A stretch of 64,000 nt of DNA from NCBI GenBank assembly GCA_964552045.1, contig CAZKFF010000006.1, forward strand, positions 34,657-98,656. Reading direction: 5' to 3'. The translations under genes and the position numbers were made by a program. The notes beneath the pieces were generated by a model. That model was not told where the DNA came from and made no database searches. It saw only the letters and a program-made list of their open reading frames with translations. This document shows, piece by piece, positions 54,387 to 64,000 of this stretch. The stretch's first letter is position 1; the number at the start of each line of letters is the position of its first letter. Source of the DNA: an uncultured Candidatus Saccharibacteria bacterium (GTDB lineage: Bacteria; Patescibacteriota; Minisyncoccia; Phycocordibacterales; UBA918).

Positions 54387-54480
54387 GCCGCAAACCCAAA
54401 AATCCCTTACCTTCAAAAAGCGGATGGGGGGTGCAGGGGGGAGCCGCCAAAAAGTTGAAAGGGATTTTTGGGTTTGCGGC
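54387..54480. repeat. 22-bp perfect inverted repeat (MITE-like)
   Basis: GCCGCAAACCCAAAAATCCCTT (54387-54408) and AAGGGATTTTTGGGTTTGCGGC (54459-54480) around a G-rich core. Confidence 0.7.
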
Positions 54481-54742
54481 GCACGAGGTGAGCGGAGGCG
54501 TCTCATCAGAGCGCCGGAGCGAGTTGAATAAACACACCAAAACACAACGTAACGGTCTTTGACCGATTTCAGCATGGGCAGCCCGCAGGGCTGCCCATGC
54601 TGATGTGACTGAACTAGAGCCATTTTCTTCTGCGTCGCCTGCGGCGACGACCAAAACCGTGTTGAAAAAACGAGGCAAACACAATGGGCGGCACTTTGTG
54701 CCGCCCATGCGTCCGTCGGTCAAAAACCGATGAGTTCTATAT

Positions 54743-54818
54743 TGGTGCGCGATACAGGACTTGAACCTGTGACCCCCACAATGTCAATGTGATGCTCTAC
54801 CAGCTGAGCTAACCGCGC
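54743..54818 (-). tRNA. tRNA-Val(GAC)
   Basis: GCGCGGTTAGCTCAGCTGGTAGAGCATCACATTGACATTGTG...GGTTCAAGTCCTGTATCGCGCACCA. Confidence 0.95.
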
Positions 54819-54885
54819 GCGTGCGTGGGCCACTATACCAGATTGGAGCAGTTGAGGAAAGATATATCGTCTTGCCAATTCTGAT

Positions 54886-55776
54886 ATGATGAGTGGCATG
54901 AAAAATCCGTTCGAGGCACGTATCCGGTCGAAACTAGAGGAAAAACAGAACGAGGATGTCATTGATGTGCTTATCAGTGAATTCCCAGAGCCACTACGGG
55001 CCCGTCTCGAGACGGAGATTGAAGGTCTTGATGCGCAGGGCGCTGAGGATCTCCTTATGAACAAGCTCATCGCCCGGCGCGAAGCGCTGGTTGAATGGCG
55101 TCTGGAGGATCTCTCTAAGATGGTCGAGGTCACACACGATGTCCCGCTTGGAGTGCTCACAAGCATCGAGCGTTCAACTGAAGAGGGCGCTGAGAATCTG
55201 CTCGGCGAAGGCATGAATGGACGGGTGTATGAAAGTGTCAGGAAGGATTTTGCCTGCTATAAGGTGCTCTTCCTCGAACGGGCGCGGCAGCTGCAGCTCA
55301 ATATAATCCGCGAAGCGACACTGCAACATAATATCAATGAAGTGCTCAAGTCCGAGTCTGATATCGCACATGCACCGGAGGTTCTTGGTTTTGTTGAGCA
55401 TCCTGAGGTCATGGCGATCATGATGAACAAGGTCAAAGGGGCTTCTATGCTCCAGATATTCGAGGGCAAAGCTGAACTGCCCGCGAGTTTCGACATTGAC
55501 CTCTTTTTCGATAAGCTCGAGCGCGCGGTGCTGCTCATGAACGAGCGGGGGTATTATCACCGTGACTTGACAAATAATTCAGGAAATGTCATGGTTGATG
55601 AGGAGGGAAATCCATGGATCGTTGATTTCGGGTCGGCTATAAAGGCCCTGCATCCTACCGACGATCCGCAGGTCTTCCAATTGACTCCTGGGGGAAGATA
55701 CATGCTAGCGTCAGACCTTTCCGGAGTCCAAGGACTCAAAAGAAAGGTCGCAGAGTATTTACGAACTAAGGAGTAA
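54886..55776 (+). CDS. Protein kinase-like (Ser/Thr or RIO-like)
   Basis: LGEGMNGRVY, CYK, HRDL....GN, IVDFG. Confidence 0.85.
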   Translation: MMSGMKNPFEARIRSKLEEKQNEDVIDVLISEFPEPLRARLETEIEGLDAQGAEDLLMNKLIARREALVEWRLEDLSKMVEVTHDVPLGVLTSIERSTEEGAENLLGEGMNGRVYESVRKDFACYKVLFLERARQLQLNIIREATLQHNINEVLKSESDIAHAPEVLGFVEHPEVMAIMMNKVKGASMLQIFEGKAELPASFDIDLFFDKLERAVLLMNERGYYHRDLTNNSGNVMVDEEGNPWIVDFGSAIKALHPTDDPQVFQLTPGGRYMLASDLSGVQGLKRKVAEYLRTKE

Positions 55777-55783
55777 CAGTACT

Positions 55784-56005
55784 ATGGATGGAATGAACGA
55801 ACGAATGGGATTGTTTCCCGCGTTGCTTGATCCGGCACGGAAGGCAGCCGCACGGCTGCTTGCCGAAAACCTGACCATGGCTCCCATAGAGGACAAGGCC
55901 GACTTCATGGTTGCGCCTGAAGGAGAGATCGATGAGAATCTCATATACTTCCGGTTCGAATACGAAGGGATGCGGTTCGTCATCTTCGAAAAGCCGGTTG
56001 TATAA
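55784..56005 (+). CDS. Hypothetical protein
   Basis: 73 aa; AAGGAG upstream; coupled to the kinase; terminator-like hairpin after it. Confidence 0.55.
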   Translation: MDGMNERMGLFPALLDPARKAAARLLAENLTMAPIEDKADFMVAPEGEIDENLIYFRFEYEGMRFVIFEKPVV

Positions 56006-56081
56006 CTTAAGGATGATCTGTGGCGGGGTCATCCTTTTTTATATGTGTTGAAATTCTATATTGGAGGAGTACAGTGTTTCG

Positions 56082-56648
56082 ATGATCCTGTATCCCACTG
56101 AAACACTCTATGCGCTTGGGGTGAACGCTCTTGATGCTGGTGAACTTTCACGGCTGTTTCAGCTTAAAGACCGCAACAGAAGCAAGGCGGCATCATGGCT
56201 CGTGCGGTCGCTTGACGATATTGCACGCTATGCTGATGTGCCGCCGCTTGCAGAAAAGATCGCTGAGCGGTTTCTTCCGGGGTCGCTCACGCTTGTCCTG
56301 AAAGCCCATATGAACATCTCAGATGAGTGTGTTGCGAAAGACCGTACGGTGGGTTTCAGGATATCGAGTGACCCGTTTGCCCGAAATCTGATCGCAGACT
56401 ATATGGCAGCGCACCATGCTCCGCTTACCTGTACGAGCGCCAATATAAGCGGTGCGCCGACGCTGCCGACGGTAGGTGAGATACTGCAGCAATTTGGCGA
56501 ACATGCGCACATGATCGAAAAAGTGATCGATGACGGTCCGCGGAAAGGTCTTGCCTCCACCATTGTCCGCATTATTGGTGACGATGTCTCGATCCTGCGC
56601 GAGGGTGCGCTTTCCGAACAGGATATACGCGAAGCACTGCGTGAGTAA
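56082..56648 (+). CDS. tsaC: L-threonylcarbamoyladenylate synthase (TsaC/Sua5)
   Basis: YPTETLYALG, LK.R...K, PGSLT, TSANISG, STIV. Confidence 0.92.
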   Translation: MILYPTETLYALGVNALDAGELSRLFQLKDRNRSKAASWLVRSLDDIARYADVPPLAEKIAERFLPGSLTLVLKAHMNISDECVAKDRTVGFRISSDPFARNLIADYMAAHHAPLTCTSANISGAPTLPTVGEILQQFGEHAHMIEKVIDDGPRKGLASTIVRIIGDDVSILREGALSEQDIREALRE

Positions 56649-56697
56649 GAAAGGAGTCTTCAACACGTCTACGGTTATCTGGTGTATTGTACGAGCT

Positions 56698-58491
56698 ATG
56701 GAACGACCGCAAGAACTCATATCCTCCGATATGTACCGGAAGGAACATATACCGAATACTCCAGTTCGGTTTGCTTTTTTTTCTGTTAAGCAAAACGGTC
56801 TTTTAGGTATTCTCGCGATTTTGTGCGTGACCTTGGCACAGTTGTGCGGAGTGCTTTTGCCGTTTGTACTCAAAAAGATCATCGATGCCGCGAATGCTCC
56901 TGCCGCGGGCGGAACAGAGGGAGTGTTCTTTTGGGTGATCATGTTTCCGGTGCTCACCTTCGCGATGTTCATTCTCTACCGGCTGAGCGGTTTTATCGGC
57001 ATGCAATGGCTCACCCGTACTGAAGCGTTCAGCTATAAAATACTCTTCGGACACCTTTCTCAGCATAGTCATACATACTTCAGCAACCGTTTTGCAGGTT
57101 CGGTAAGCAATAAGCTGGCTCATGCAGCAGAAGGCACATTCCGTCTTATCGAAGGTTTTTTGTGGGGCCATTACGGAGCATTCCTGAGTTTGATTGCTTC
57201 GGGTGTGCTGATCTTCATGACAAACTTTTGGGTGGGCGTTATTTATGTGGCTCTCATAGCGGTGCTGATCCCAGCGAATCTCTGGCTGGCAAGATACCGT
57301 CGTCCGTTTGTTGTTGAGTATGCCGCCCAAAAAACCGCACTGCGCGGCAGAGCAGTTGATGTCATCACCAACATAGGTGCGATGCGTCAATTTTCACGCA
57401 GACTGTTTGAATTCGGAACACTCAGCGATTCTATAGAGAAGATGCGTCTTGCTGATCTCAAACAATGGAGGCTGAGCGAATTGGCACTGTTGTTCAACAA
57501 TATCATCATCGGCGGGTCCATCACGCTGATGCTTGTTGTGATGTATCAGCGCTGGGACGAAGGGCTCGTGACTTCCGGAGATTTCATCCTCGTGCTCACC
57601 CTTTTGATGAGTCTTTCGGGTACGCTCGTATTTATAGGAAATGCCATGACTCATTTCATCCGTTTGTACGGGGAGGTCGAAGAAGGACTTGATGAAATAC
57701 TCATCACTCATGAGGTGGTCGACAAAGAGGACGCCCAAAAACTTGCAGTGACCAATGGAGTCATCTCCTGGAAGGACGTGAAGTTCGAATACGGTGGAAA
57801 AGCGGTGTTTGAACATTTCAATCTGGAAGTGGACGCCGGACAGCGTCTCGGACTGGTGGGACACAGCGGTGCAGGGAAGACGACGTTTGTATCGCTGCTG
57901 TTGCGCCAGCACGATGTACAGGGGGGTTCAATCGCAATTGACGGACAGAATATTGCCGAAGTGACCCAGGATTCGCTGCGCGAACATATTTCTGTTGTCC
58001 CGCAAGAGCCAATGTTGTTCCACCGTTCGATCCGGGAAAATATTGTCTATGGGAACATTGATGCGACTCAGGAACAAATAGAAATTGCCGCACAAAATGC
58101 CCAGGCTCATGAATTCATCATGTCACTTCAGGACGGGTATGACACTATGGTGGGCGAACGGGGCATCAAGCTCTCCGGAGGACAGAAGCAGCGCATAGCG
58201 ATTGCGCGCGCCATGCTCAAGAATGCGCCGATTCTGGTCCTCGACGAGGCAACCTCCGCACTCGACAGTGAGAGCGAAGTGGAGATTCAGAAGGCACTCC
58301 ATGCGCTCATGGAAGGAAAGACGGTGATTGCAATAGCGCATCGTCTGTCCACGCTCCGGGAAATGGACAGGATCATTGTGCTCCAGGAGGGCAAGATTAT
58401 CGAGGATGGCGACCATGCTGCGCTCGCTCGTGCAGACGGCACGTACGCACGCTTGTGGAAGCATCAGGCAGGAGGTTTTTTGCAGGAGTAA
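56698..58491 (+). CDS. ABC exporter, fused permease/ATPase
   Basis: 6-TM domain, [26 protein letters not shown]. Confidence 0.93.
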   Translation: MERPQELISSDMYRKEHIPNTPVRFAFFSVKQNGLLGILAILCVTLAQLCGVLLPFVLKKIIDAANAPAAGGTEGVFFWVIMFPVLTFAMFILYRLSGFIGMQWLTRTEAFSYKILFGHLSQHSHTYFSNRFAGSVSNKLAHAAEGTFRLIEGFLWGHYGAFLSLIASGVLIFMTNFWVGVIYVALIAVLIPANLWLARYRRPFVVEYAAQKTALRGRAVDVITNIGAMRQFSRRLFEFGTLSDSIEKMRLADLKQWRLSELALLFNNIIIGGSITLMLVVMYQRWDEGLVTSGDFILVLTLLMSLSGTLVFIGNAMTHFIRLYGEVEEGLDEILITHEVVDKEDAQKLAVTNGVISWKDVKFEYGGKAVFEHFNLEVDAGQRLGLVGHSGAGKTTFVSLLLRQHDVQGGSIAIDGQNIAEVTQDSLREHISVVPQEPMLFHRSIRENIVYGNIDATQEQIEIAAQNAQAHEFIMSLQDGYDTMVGERGIKLSGGQKQRIAIARAMLKNAPILVLDEATSALDSESEVEIQKALHALMEGKTVIAIAHRLSTLREMDRIIVLQEGKIIEDGDHAALARADGTYARLWKHQAGGFLQE

Positions 58492-58557
58492 GCATATAGA
58501 TTGAGTTTGTAACTCCTGTAGTACTTCCGTAGTATCATAGGAGAATACTCAAGAAAT

Positions 58558-60372
58558 ATGTGCGGCATCTTCGGATATGTGGGACAACGGACGGCGGAGC
58601 CTCTTCTGGTGGAGGGATTGCGGACGCTTGAATACCGCGGCTACGACTCCGCGGGTATCTTTGTCCCCGGGTACGGGGCGGTGAAGGCGGTCGGGCCCAT
58701 AGACAATCTCGTTGCAGCGATCACACAGACCATCGGCGGCACCTCAGGCATTGCGCATACGCGCTGGGCCACGCATGGGGAGCCGACACAAAAGAATGCG
58801 CACCCGCATCGGGACGCAAGCGGACAGATCTGGATGGTGCACAACGGCATTATTGAAAATTACCGGACATTGAAAGAAGGGTTGCGCGCACGGGGGATCT
58901 CGTTTGAGTCGGATACTGATACTGAGGTGCTCGTGAAGCTCATCGGAACGCTCTACTCAGGCGATCTTAAGGCAGCCGTGCTCTCGGCACTTCGCATGGT
59001 CAGCGGCACATATGGCCTTGCGGTCATGAGCGAACGCGAACCCGGCGTGATCGTCGTCGGACGCATGGGCAGTCCGATCGTACTCGGCATCGGCACCGAG
59101 GGTCATTTTGTCTCTTCCGATCCTTCGGCGCTTCTTGCGCATACCAAGGACGTTGTGTACCTCGATGACGGAGAAATTGCGGTCATCACCAAAGATGCGT
59201 ACAGCATCAGCTCACTGGAGGGACAGCTGCGGCAGAAAGCTCCTGAAAAAGTGGCGTGGGATCTGGAATTGGCCCAAAAGCAGGGATATGAGCACTTTAT
59301 GCAGAAGGAGATATTTGAAGCGCCTGAGGTCATCGAGAATACCATCCGGGGGAGGCTCCTCTTAGACAAGGGCCGGGCAAAGCTCGGAGGCCTCGAAAGC
59401 GTGCTCGATGCGCTTGCTTCGCTCAACCGCCTGCAGATAGTGGGCTGCGGTTCTGCGTATTACGCCGGGCATGTCGGACGATATCTGCTTGAGGAATACG
59501 CTGGACTGCCCACAGAGGTCGAGCTTGCGAGCGAATACCGCTATAAACGTAATCTGCCCGACAAGAAGAGCGCGGTCCTTGCCGTGTCACAGTCCGGCGA
59601 GACAGCCGACACGCTCGCTTCGGTCAGATCGGCGCAAAAGCAGGGACTCCTAACGCTCGGCATCATCAACGCCGTTGGATCGACTATTGCCCGGGAAACC
59701 GATGCTGGTGTGTACAATCATGCCGGGCCCGAGGTTGCGGTCGCCTCGACAAAAGCATTCATCTCGCAGTTGACGGTTTTCATCCTTTTGACGCTCCTTA
59801 TCGGACGCGAACGGGGCATGTCACAGCAGGACGGAATGGACATTGCCCAAGCGCTTGCATCGCTGCCTGATGTGCTGCGGGGGGTGCTTGCGCATGCAGA
59901 CGAGATCAGAAGCATGGCGGTAAAGTATGCAGCTTCCAAAGATATGATATTTATCGGGAGGAAGTTTCATACACCGATCGCGTATGAGGGATCGCTCAAA
60001 CTCAAGGAAGTGGCGTATATCCATGCTGAGGCATACGCGGGCGGGGAGCTCAAGCATGGGCCGATCGCTATGCTTGATGCCGATTTTCCGGTTGTCGCGC
60101 TTGCTCCCCAAGATGACGTCTATGAAAAGATGATCTCGAACATTGAGGAGGTCAGAGCGCGCAAAGCGCCAGTCTTAGCATTTGGCACAGTAGGCGATTC
60201 CCATCTGTCGTCTTTGGCATCAGATACTATTTTCATGCCCAAGGTGCACCCGATCATCCAGCCGATTATTTCAACCGTGCTGCTCCATCTTTTTGCATAC
60301 TATGTCGGGACTGCTCGGGAGCTCAATGTCGATCGTCCGCGCAATCTCGCGAAATCCGTCACGGTTGAGTAG
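58558..60372 (+). CDS. glmS: Glutamine-fructose-6-phosphate transaminase
   Basis: MCGIFG, EYRGYDSAG, HTRWATHG, SQSGETAD, PRNLAKSVTVE. Confidence 0.97.
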   Translation: MCGIFGYVGQRTAEPLLVEGLRTLEYRGYDSAGIFVPGYGAVKAVGPIDNLVAAITQTIGGTSGIAHTRWATHGEPTQKNAHPHRDASGQIWMVHNGIIENYRTLKEGLRARGISFESDTDTEVLVKLIGTLYSGDLKAAVLSALRMVSGTYGLAVMSEREPGVIVVGRMGSPIVLGIGTEGHFVSSDPSALLAHTKDVVYLDDGEIAVITKDAYSISSLEGQLRQKAPEKVAWDLELAQKQGYEHFMQKEIFEAPEVIENTIRGRLLLDKGRAKLGGLESVLDALASLNRLQIVGCGSAYYAGHVGRYLLEEYAGLPTEVELASEYRYKRNLPDKKSAVLAVSQSGETADTLASVRSAQKQGLLTLGIINAVGSTIARETDAGVYNHAGPEVAVASTKAFISQLTVFILLTLLIGRERGMSQQDGMDIAQALASLPDVLRGVLAHADEIRSMAVKYAASKDMIFIGRKFHTPIAYEGSLKLKEVAYIHAEAYAGGELKHGPIAMLDADFPVVALAPQDDVYEKMISNIEEVRARKAPVLAFGTVGDSHLSSLASDTIFMPKVHPIIQPIISTVLLHLFAYYVGTARELNVDRPRNLAKSVTVE

Positions 60373-60390
60373 CACCGCCTGGCGGTATAG

Positions 60391-60786
60391 TCAGTTGACC
60401 CTATCGGTGAATACGAACGTCCGGTTGGCGCTGAAGTTCCAGAAAACGACGATAACGAGGGTCAGCATTTTTGCATAGATGTAGTAGAGCCCGAAGTAAT
60501 CTATGAAGAGCCGCAAAAACACGAGCGTGAGGATGAGGCCGACGAGCGCCACCAAAAGAAAGAACAGATACTGTTGCTTTATTTTGCGCGATGTGTCTTT
60601 GAAGGTGAAGCATTTGTTGAGTATGTAGCCGTTGAGCGAAGCAACGATAAGCGATACGGCAGCAGCCGGGTAGACGGGGAACTGGAAGAATTCCACGAGC
60701 ACATAGAGGATACCCACATCAATTGAAGAGCTGATAGCGCCGACAATACAAAAAGCGACAAACGAACTCAGCAACAATCTGGACAT
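60391..60786 (-). CDS. GtrA family flippase-like protein
   Basis: Four TM, FC.VG, LNK.FTF, WNF.ANR.FVF. Confidence 0.88.
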   Translation of the reverse strand: MSRLLLSSFVAFCIVGAISSSIDVGILYVLVEFFQFPVYPAAAVSLIVASLNGYILNKCFTFKDTSRKIKQQYLFFLLVALVGLILTLVFLRLFIDYFGLYYIYAKMLTLVIVVFWNFSANRTFVFTDRVN

Positions 60787-60820
60787 CCATGTAGTATATA
60801 CTAGGGTATGCGCTTCGTGC

Positions 60821-62389
60821 ATGTCCCTACAGACAATGACTGAACAAACCCCGAAAACTAAAAAAGCGGTGATCATCGGAGCCGGACCCGCGGGACTCAC
60901 TGCCGCACTGGAGCTGCTCCGTCATACGGATATCGTACCTATCGTTCTCGAAAAAAGTGATTCGCTCGGCGGCATCTCCCGCACCGTGCAGTTTGGGGAG
61001 AATCGGATGGACATCGGCGGCCACCGTTTCTTCTCAAAGTCAGACAAAGTGGTGTCCTGGTGGCTTGATGTGCTGCCGCTCCAGAAGGGAAGCGACCAGA
61101 ACAGTGCGCTTTCGTATCAGAACAGGACGCATGTACTTGCAGACGCTCCGACAGCAGCAGACGGGAATACCGACGATGTCATGCTTGTGCGCCGGAGAAA
61201 GTCGCGTATCTTCTACGATGGCAAGTTCTATGATTATCCGGTTGTGCTTTCGTGGGCAACACTGCGGAATCTCGGCTTCATTAAAATGGTGAAGATAGCA
61301 TACAGCTATGCCAAGAGCCTTCTTTTCCCCATACGGGAGGAAAAGACACTCGAGGATTTTTTTATCAACCGCTTCGGATACGAACTCTATCTGACCTTCT
61401 TCAAGACCTATACTGAGAAAGTGTGGGGATTGCCGTGCACCCAGCTCGGCGTTGACTGGGGCAGGCAGCGGGTCAAAAGCCTTTCGGTCGGGAAAGCTGT
61501 CCTTAACAGCTTCCTCCGCCTGTTTCGGAAAGCGAACATTAGTCAAAAGAACGTTGAGACATCACTCATTGAGTATTTCTTATACCCGAAATATGGCCCC
61601 GGGCATCTCTGGGAGGTGGTGGCCGGTACCGTGAAGGAAAAGGGCGGCACGCTCATCACCAACGCCGAGGTGGTGAAGGTCGAAAATAGCGATGCACGCG
61701 TCAGTTCCGTTACCTACCGTACTACCGCAACGGGAGAGGAGCACACGCTTGAGGCTGATTATTTCTTCTCCACCATGCCGATCCCTGAACTGTTCGCAGC
61801 GTTCACGCACACGCCGAGCCAGGAGGCGTACGACGTCGCGCGCCGTCTGGCCTTCCGTGATTTCGTCACCGTCGGCGTACTGCTCGAGGATGTCCGTCTG
61901 CGCGAGCTTACGGACAACTGGATCTATATCCATGACCCGGAAGTGCAGGTGGGGCGCATCCAGCTGTTCCGCAACTGGAGTCCGTACATGGTACAGACCC
62001 AAGACGCGCACGTGCTCGGCATGGAATATTTCTGCAATGAGACTGATCCGCTGTGGCACATGTCCGATGAAGCCATTGCCGCATTAGCCTCGCGTGAGCT
62101 TGCGCATATAGGCCTTGCGACAGAAAAGCCCCTTGCATACCACGTGGAAAAGGTACCCAAGGCGTACCCGGTCTATGCGGGAGCGTACTCACATTTCGAT
62201 AGTGTGAAAAAATATCTCAACGGCATCGCCAATCTGTATCCCATTGGCCGCAACGGCATGCACCGATACAATAACCAGGACCATTCCATGCTCACTGCCA
62301 TGGCCTCAGTGGAGGCCATCTTGGGAACCTATCCCAAGGAAAAGGTCTGGGATATAAACACGGAAGAGGATTATCATGAAGAGAAATAA
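60821..62389 (+). CDS. FAD-dependent oxidoreductase (Glf/HemY-like)
   Basis: [41 protein letters not shown]. Confidence 0.85.
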   Translation: MSLQTMTEQTPKTKKAVIIGAGPAGLTAALELLRHTDIVPIVLEKSDSLGGISRTVQFGENRMDIGGHRFFSKSDKVVSWWLDVLPLQKGSDQNSALSYQNRTHVLADAPTAADGNTDDVMLVRRRKSRIFYDGKFYDYPVVLSWATLRNLGFIKMVKIAYSYAKSLLFPIREEKTLEDFFINRFGYELYLTFFKTYTEKVWGLPCTQLGVDWGRQRVKSLSVGKAVLNSFLRLFRKANISQKNVETSLIEYFLYPKYGPGHLWEVVAGTVKEKGGTLITNAEVVKVENSDARVSSVTYRTTATGEEHTLEADYFFSTMPIPELFAAFTHTPSQEAYDVARRLAFRDFVTVGVLLEDVRLRELTDNWIYIHDPEVQVGRIQLFRNWSPYMVQTQDAHVLGMEYFCNETDPLWHMSDEAIAALASRELAHIGLATEKPLAYHVEKVPKAYPVYAGAYSHFDSVKKYLNGIANLYPIGRNGMHRYNNQDHSMLTAMASVEAILGTYPKEKVWDINTEEDYHEEK

Positions 62390-63947
62390 TGCGATCGTTC
62401 TGGGCATATGCATTGTCGTGACGCTGTTTTCGCTGAGCTTCAGATGGGAATCCATCGTAACGCCGCGCGCATTCGACTACGAGTGGCATACTTCAACGGT
62501 GCTCCGGCATCTGGAGATATGGTATGAGGACGGCGGGTTCACGCATCATTTTGTGCCGGCAGTGACTTATTCCGGAGCAGCGAACAAGCACATCAACAAT
62601 CATTCCTCAATCGAAGTCGGGCGTATGGGCTACAGCGACGGAGCGGGAAATTACTACTATGTGTCGTACCCTCCTTTTGCGTACCTGGCTCCGTATGCAC
62701 TGTTTGCCGCAACCGGGATTGAACCCAATATCGTCGGGCTGCGTCTCTTCAATATCCTCGTGCAGATAGCAACTGCAGGTCTGCTTCTGTTCCTGCTCTA
62801 CAGGATGACCAAAAATCCTTACGTCGGACTTATCGGTTACTGTCTCTACCTCTTCACCGGCATATCGCTGTATATGCACACAGTGAACTATATGTCAGAC
62901 ATGTTCGTGCAGGTCCTGTTCGTGCTTGCGGGCCTCCTGTTCTATGAGATTGTGACTGCCAAAGGACAGGAGCAAACAGGGAAGTATATCGCTCTGGGTG
63001 CTACGCTGGCGCTGGCCGTGTACAGTGAATGGATCGGTCTCTTCATGTGCGCGGCGGTCTTCTTCTTTGCGGTCGCACGCACGCGTGAACGATACGCTCG
63101 TCCCTTTTTGTTGATGAGCATGAGTATACCTGTGGTCGTGCTCGCAGTCACTGTGCTCCAGTACGCGTCGGTTGCAGATCTCGGCTCCTTCTTTTCAGTG
63201 ATGACCGACCGGTATCTGCACGGGTATGTGCCTGCAGACACTGCGGAAGGAAGCGTCCCCCACCTGCTTGCAGCTTTGGGAAAGAATTATCTGAAATGGT
63301 TCAGTCCGCTTCTGACGTCACTCTTTCTTTTTGTGGGCTTGTTGTGGATCGGCGGCAGAAAAGCAGACAGGGAGTCTGTGATGTCGCTGCGGTTTGCCGT
63401 GCCGGTATTGTATTTCTTTACGCTGCCGGTACTCCTCCATCACGTAGTATTCCTCGATTGGTCTGCGTTTGAGATACATTTTTACTCAGTCTTGAAGACC
63501 GTCCCGCTGTTCTGCGTGCTCATCCCGCTTCTTCTGTATAAACTCTGGCTTTTAGAAACCCCGCGGCAACTGCTTATCCGTGTCATTGCAGCCTGTCTGT
63601 TCTTCGTGGTCATTGCCGGGTCGCTTACTATCTATGCTATGGATCTCCGCTCGCGCTTCACTGCCGATCGGTTCGAGTACTGCAATATGGGCGAAGCGAT
63701 ACGCGACCGGACAGCGCCGGACGAGGTTGCATTTCTGGCCCCCGTCGATCCTGAACGGTTCAATGACATCATCTCTTCGGTTGTGATCCTCTGCGCGCAC
63801 CGCAACGTTGCCCTCTATGAGGACAGAGAGCAGGCGAGCGAACTCATGCGCAAGAATGGCACGACCAAAGGCGTACTCTTCATGATCGATCACCGCAAGA
63901 ACGTGATCGAATTCGTCAAATCAGAGAAAATAACCGCTGTGCAATAG
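62376..63947 (+). CDS. GT-C fold membrane glycosyltransferase (ArnT/PMT-like)
   Basis: Multi-[14 protein letters not shown]; linked to GtrA. Confidence 0.65.
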   Translation: MKRNNAIVLGICIVVTLFSLSFRWESIVTPRAFDYEWHTSTVLRHLEIWYEDGGFTHHFVPAVTYSGAANKHINNHSSIEVGRMGYSDGAGNYYYVSYPPFAYLAPYALFAATGIEPNIVGLRLFNILVQIATAGLLLFLLYRMTKNPYVGLIGYCLYLFTGISLYMHTVNYMSDMFVQVLFVLAGLLFYEIVTAKGQEQTGKYIALGATLALAVYSEWIGLFMCAAVFFFAVARTRERYARPFLLMSMSIPVVVLAVTVLQYASVADLGSFFSVMTDRYLHGYVPADTAEGSVPHLLAALGKNYLKWFSPLLTSLFLFVGLLWIGGRKADRESVMSLRFAVPVLYFFTLPVLLHHVVFLDWSAFEIHFYSVLKTVPLFCVLIPLLLYKLWLLETPRQLLIRVIAACLFFVVIAGSLTIYAMDLRSRFTADRFEYCNMGEAIRDRTAPDEVAFLAPVDPERFNDIISSVVILCAHRNVALYEDREQASELMRKNGTTKGVLFMIDHRKNVIEFVKSEKITAVQ

Positions 63948-64000
63948 CGCGGCAAACGCTAGCATTTTCCAGTTTTTTTGGTACTATATGGCGCACGTTT

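Overview
A ~53% GC (estimated by eye) bacterial chromosome segment whose gene content and compact architecture fit a Patescibacteria/CPR genome, probably Parcubacteria (inference; standard genetic code, RF2 present). It carries comF plus a complete type IV pilus locus (pilM/N/O/P-like, pilB, a receiver protein, pilT, pilC, two major pilins, pilD, four minor pilins). Housekeeping genes include ligA, gatCA, prfB, ftsEX, pyrG, rlmB, murJ, lepA, valS, tsaD, tsaC and glmS, along with RNase P RNA, nine tRNA genes and a GtrA/oxidoreductase/GT-C glycosylation cassette. Two things stand out. (1) A three-gene, Shine-Dalgarno-led minus-strand operon (17319-18833) encodes an E2-like protein, an E1/ThiF enzyme and a 49-aa peptide ending in Gly with no obvious ubiquitin fold: a candidate minimal protein-conjugation system. 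(2) Short non-coding structured elements recur behind most tRNA genes and behind lepA. They typically carry an inverted and a direct copy of the gene's 3' end and share two conserved hairpin motifs, with no recombinase in the window.
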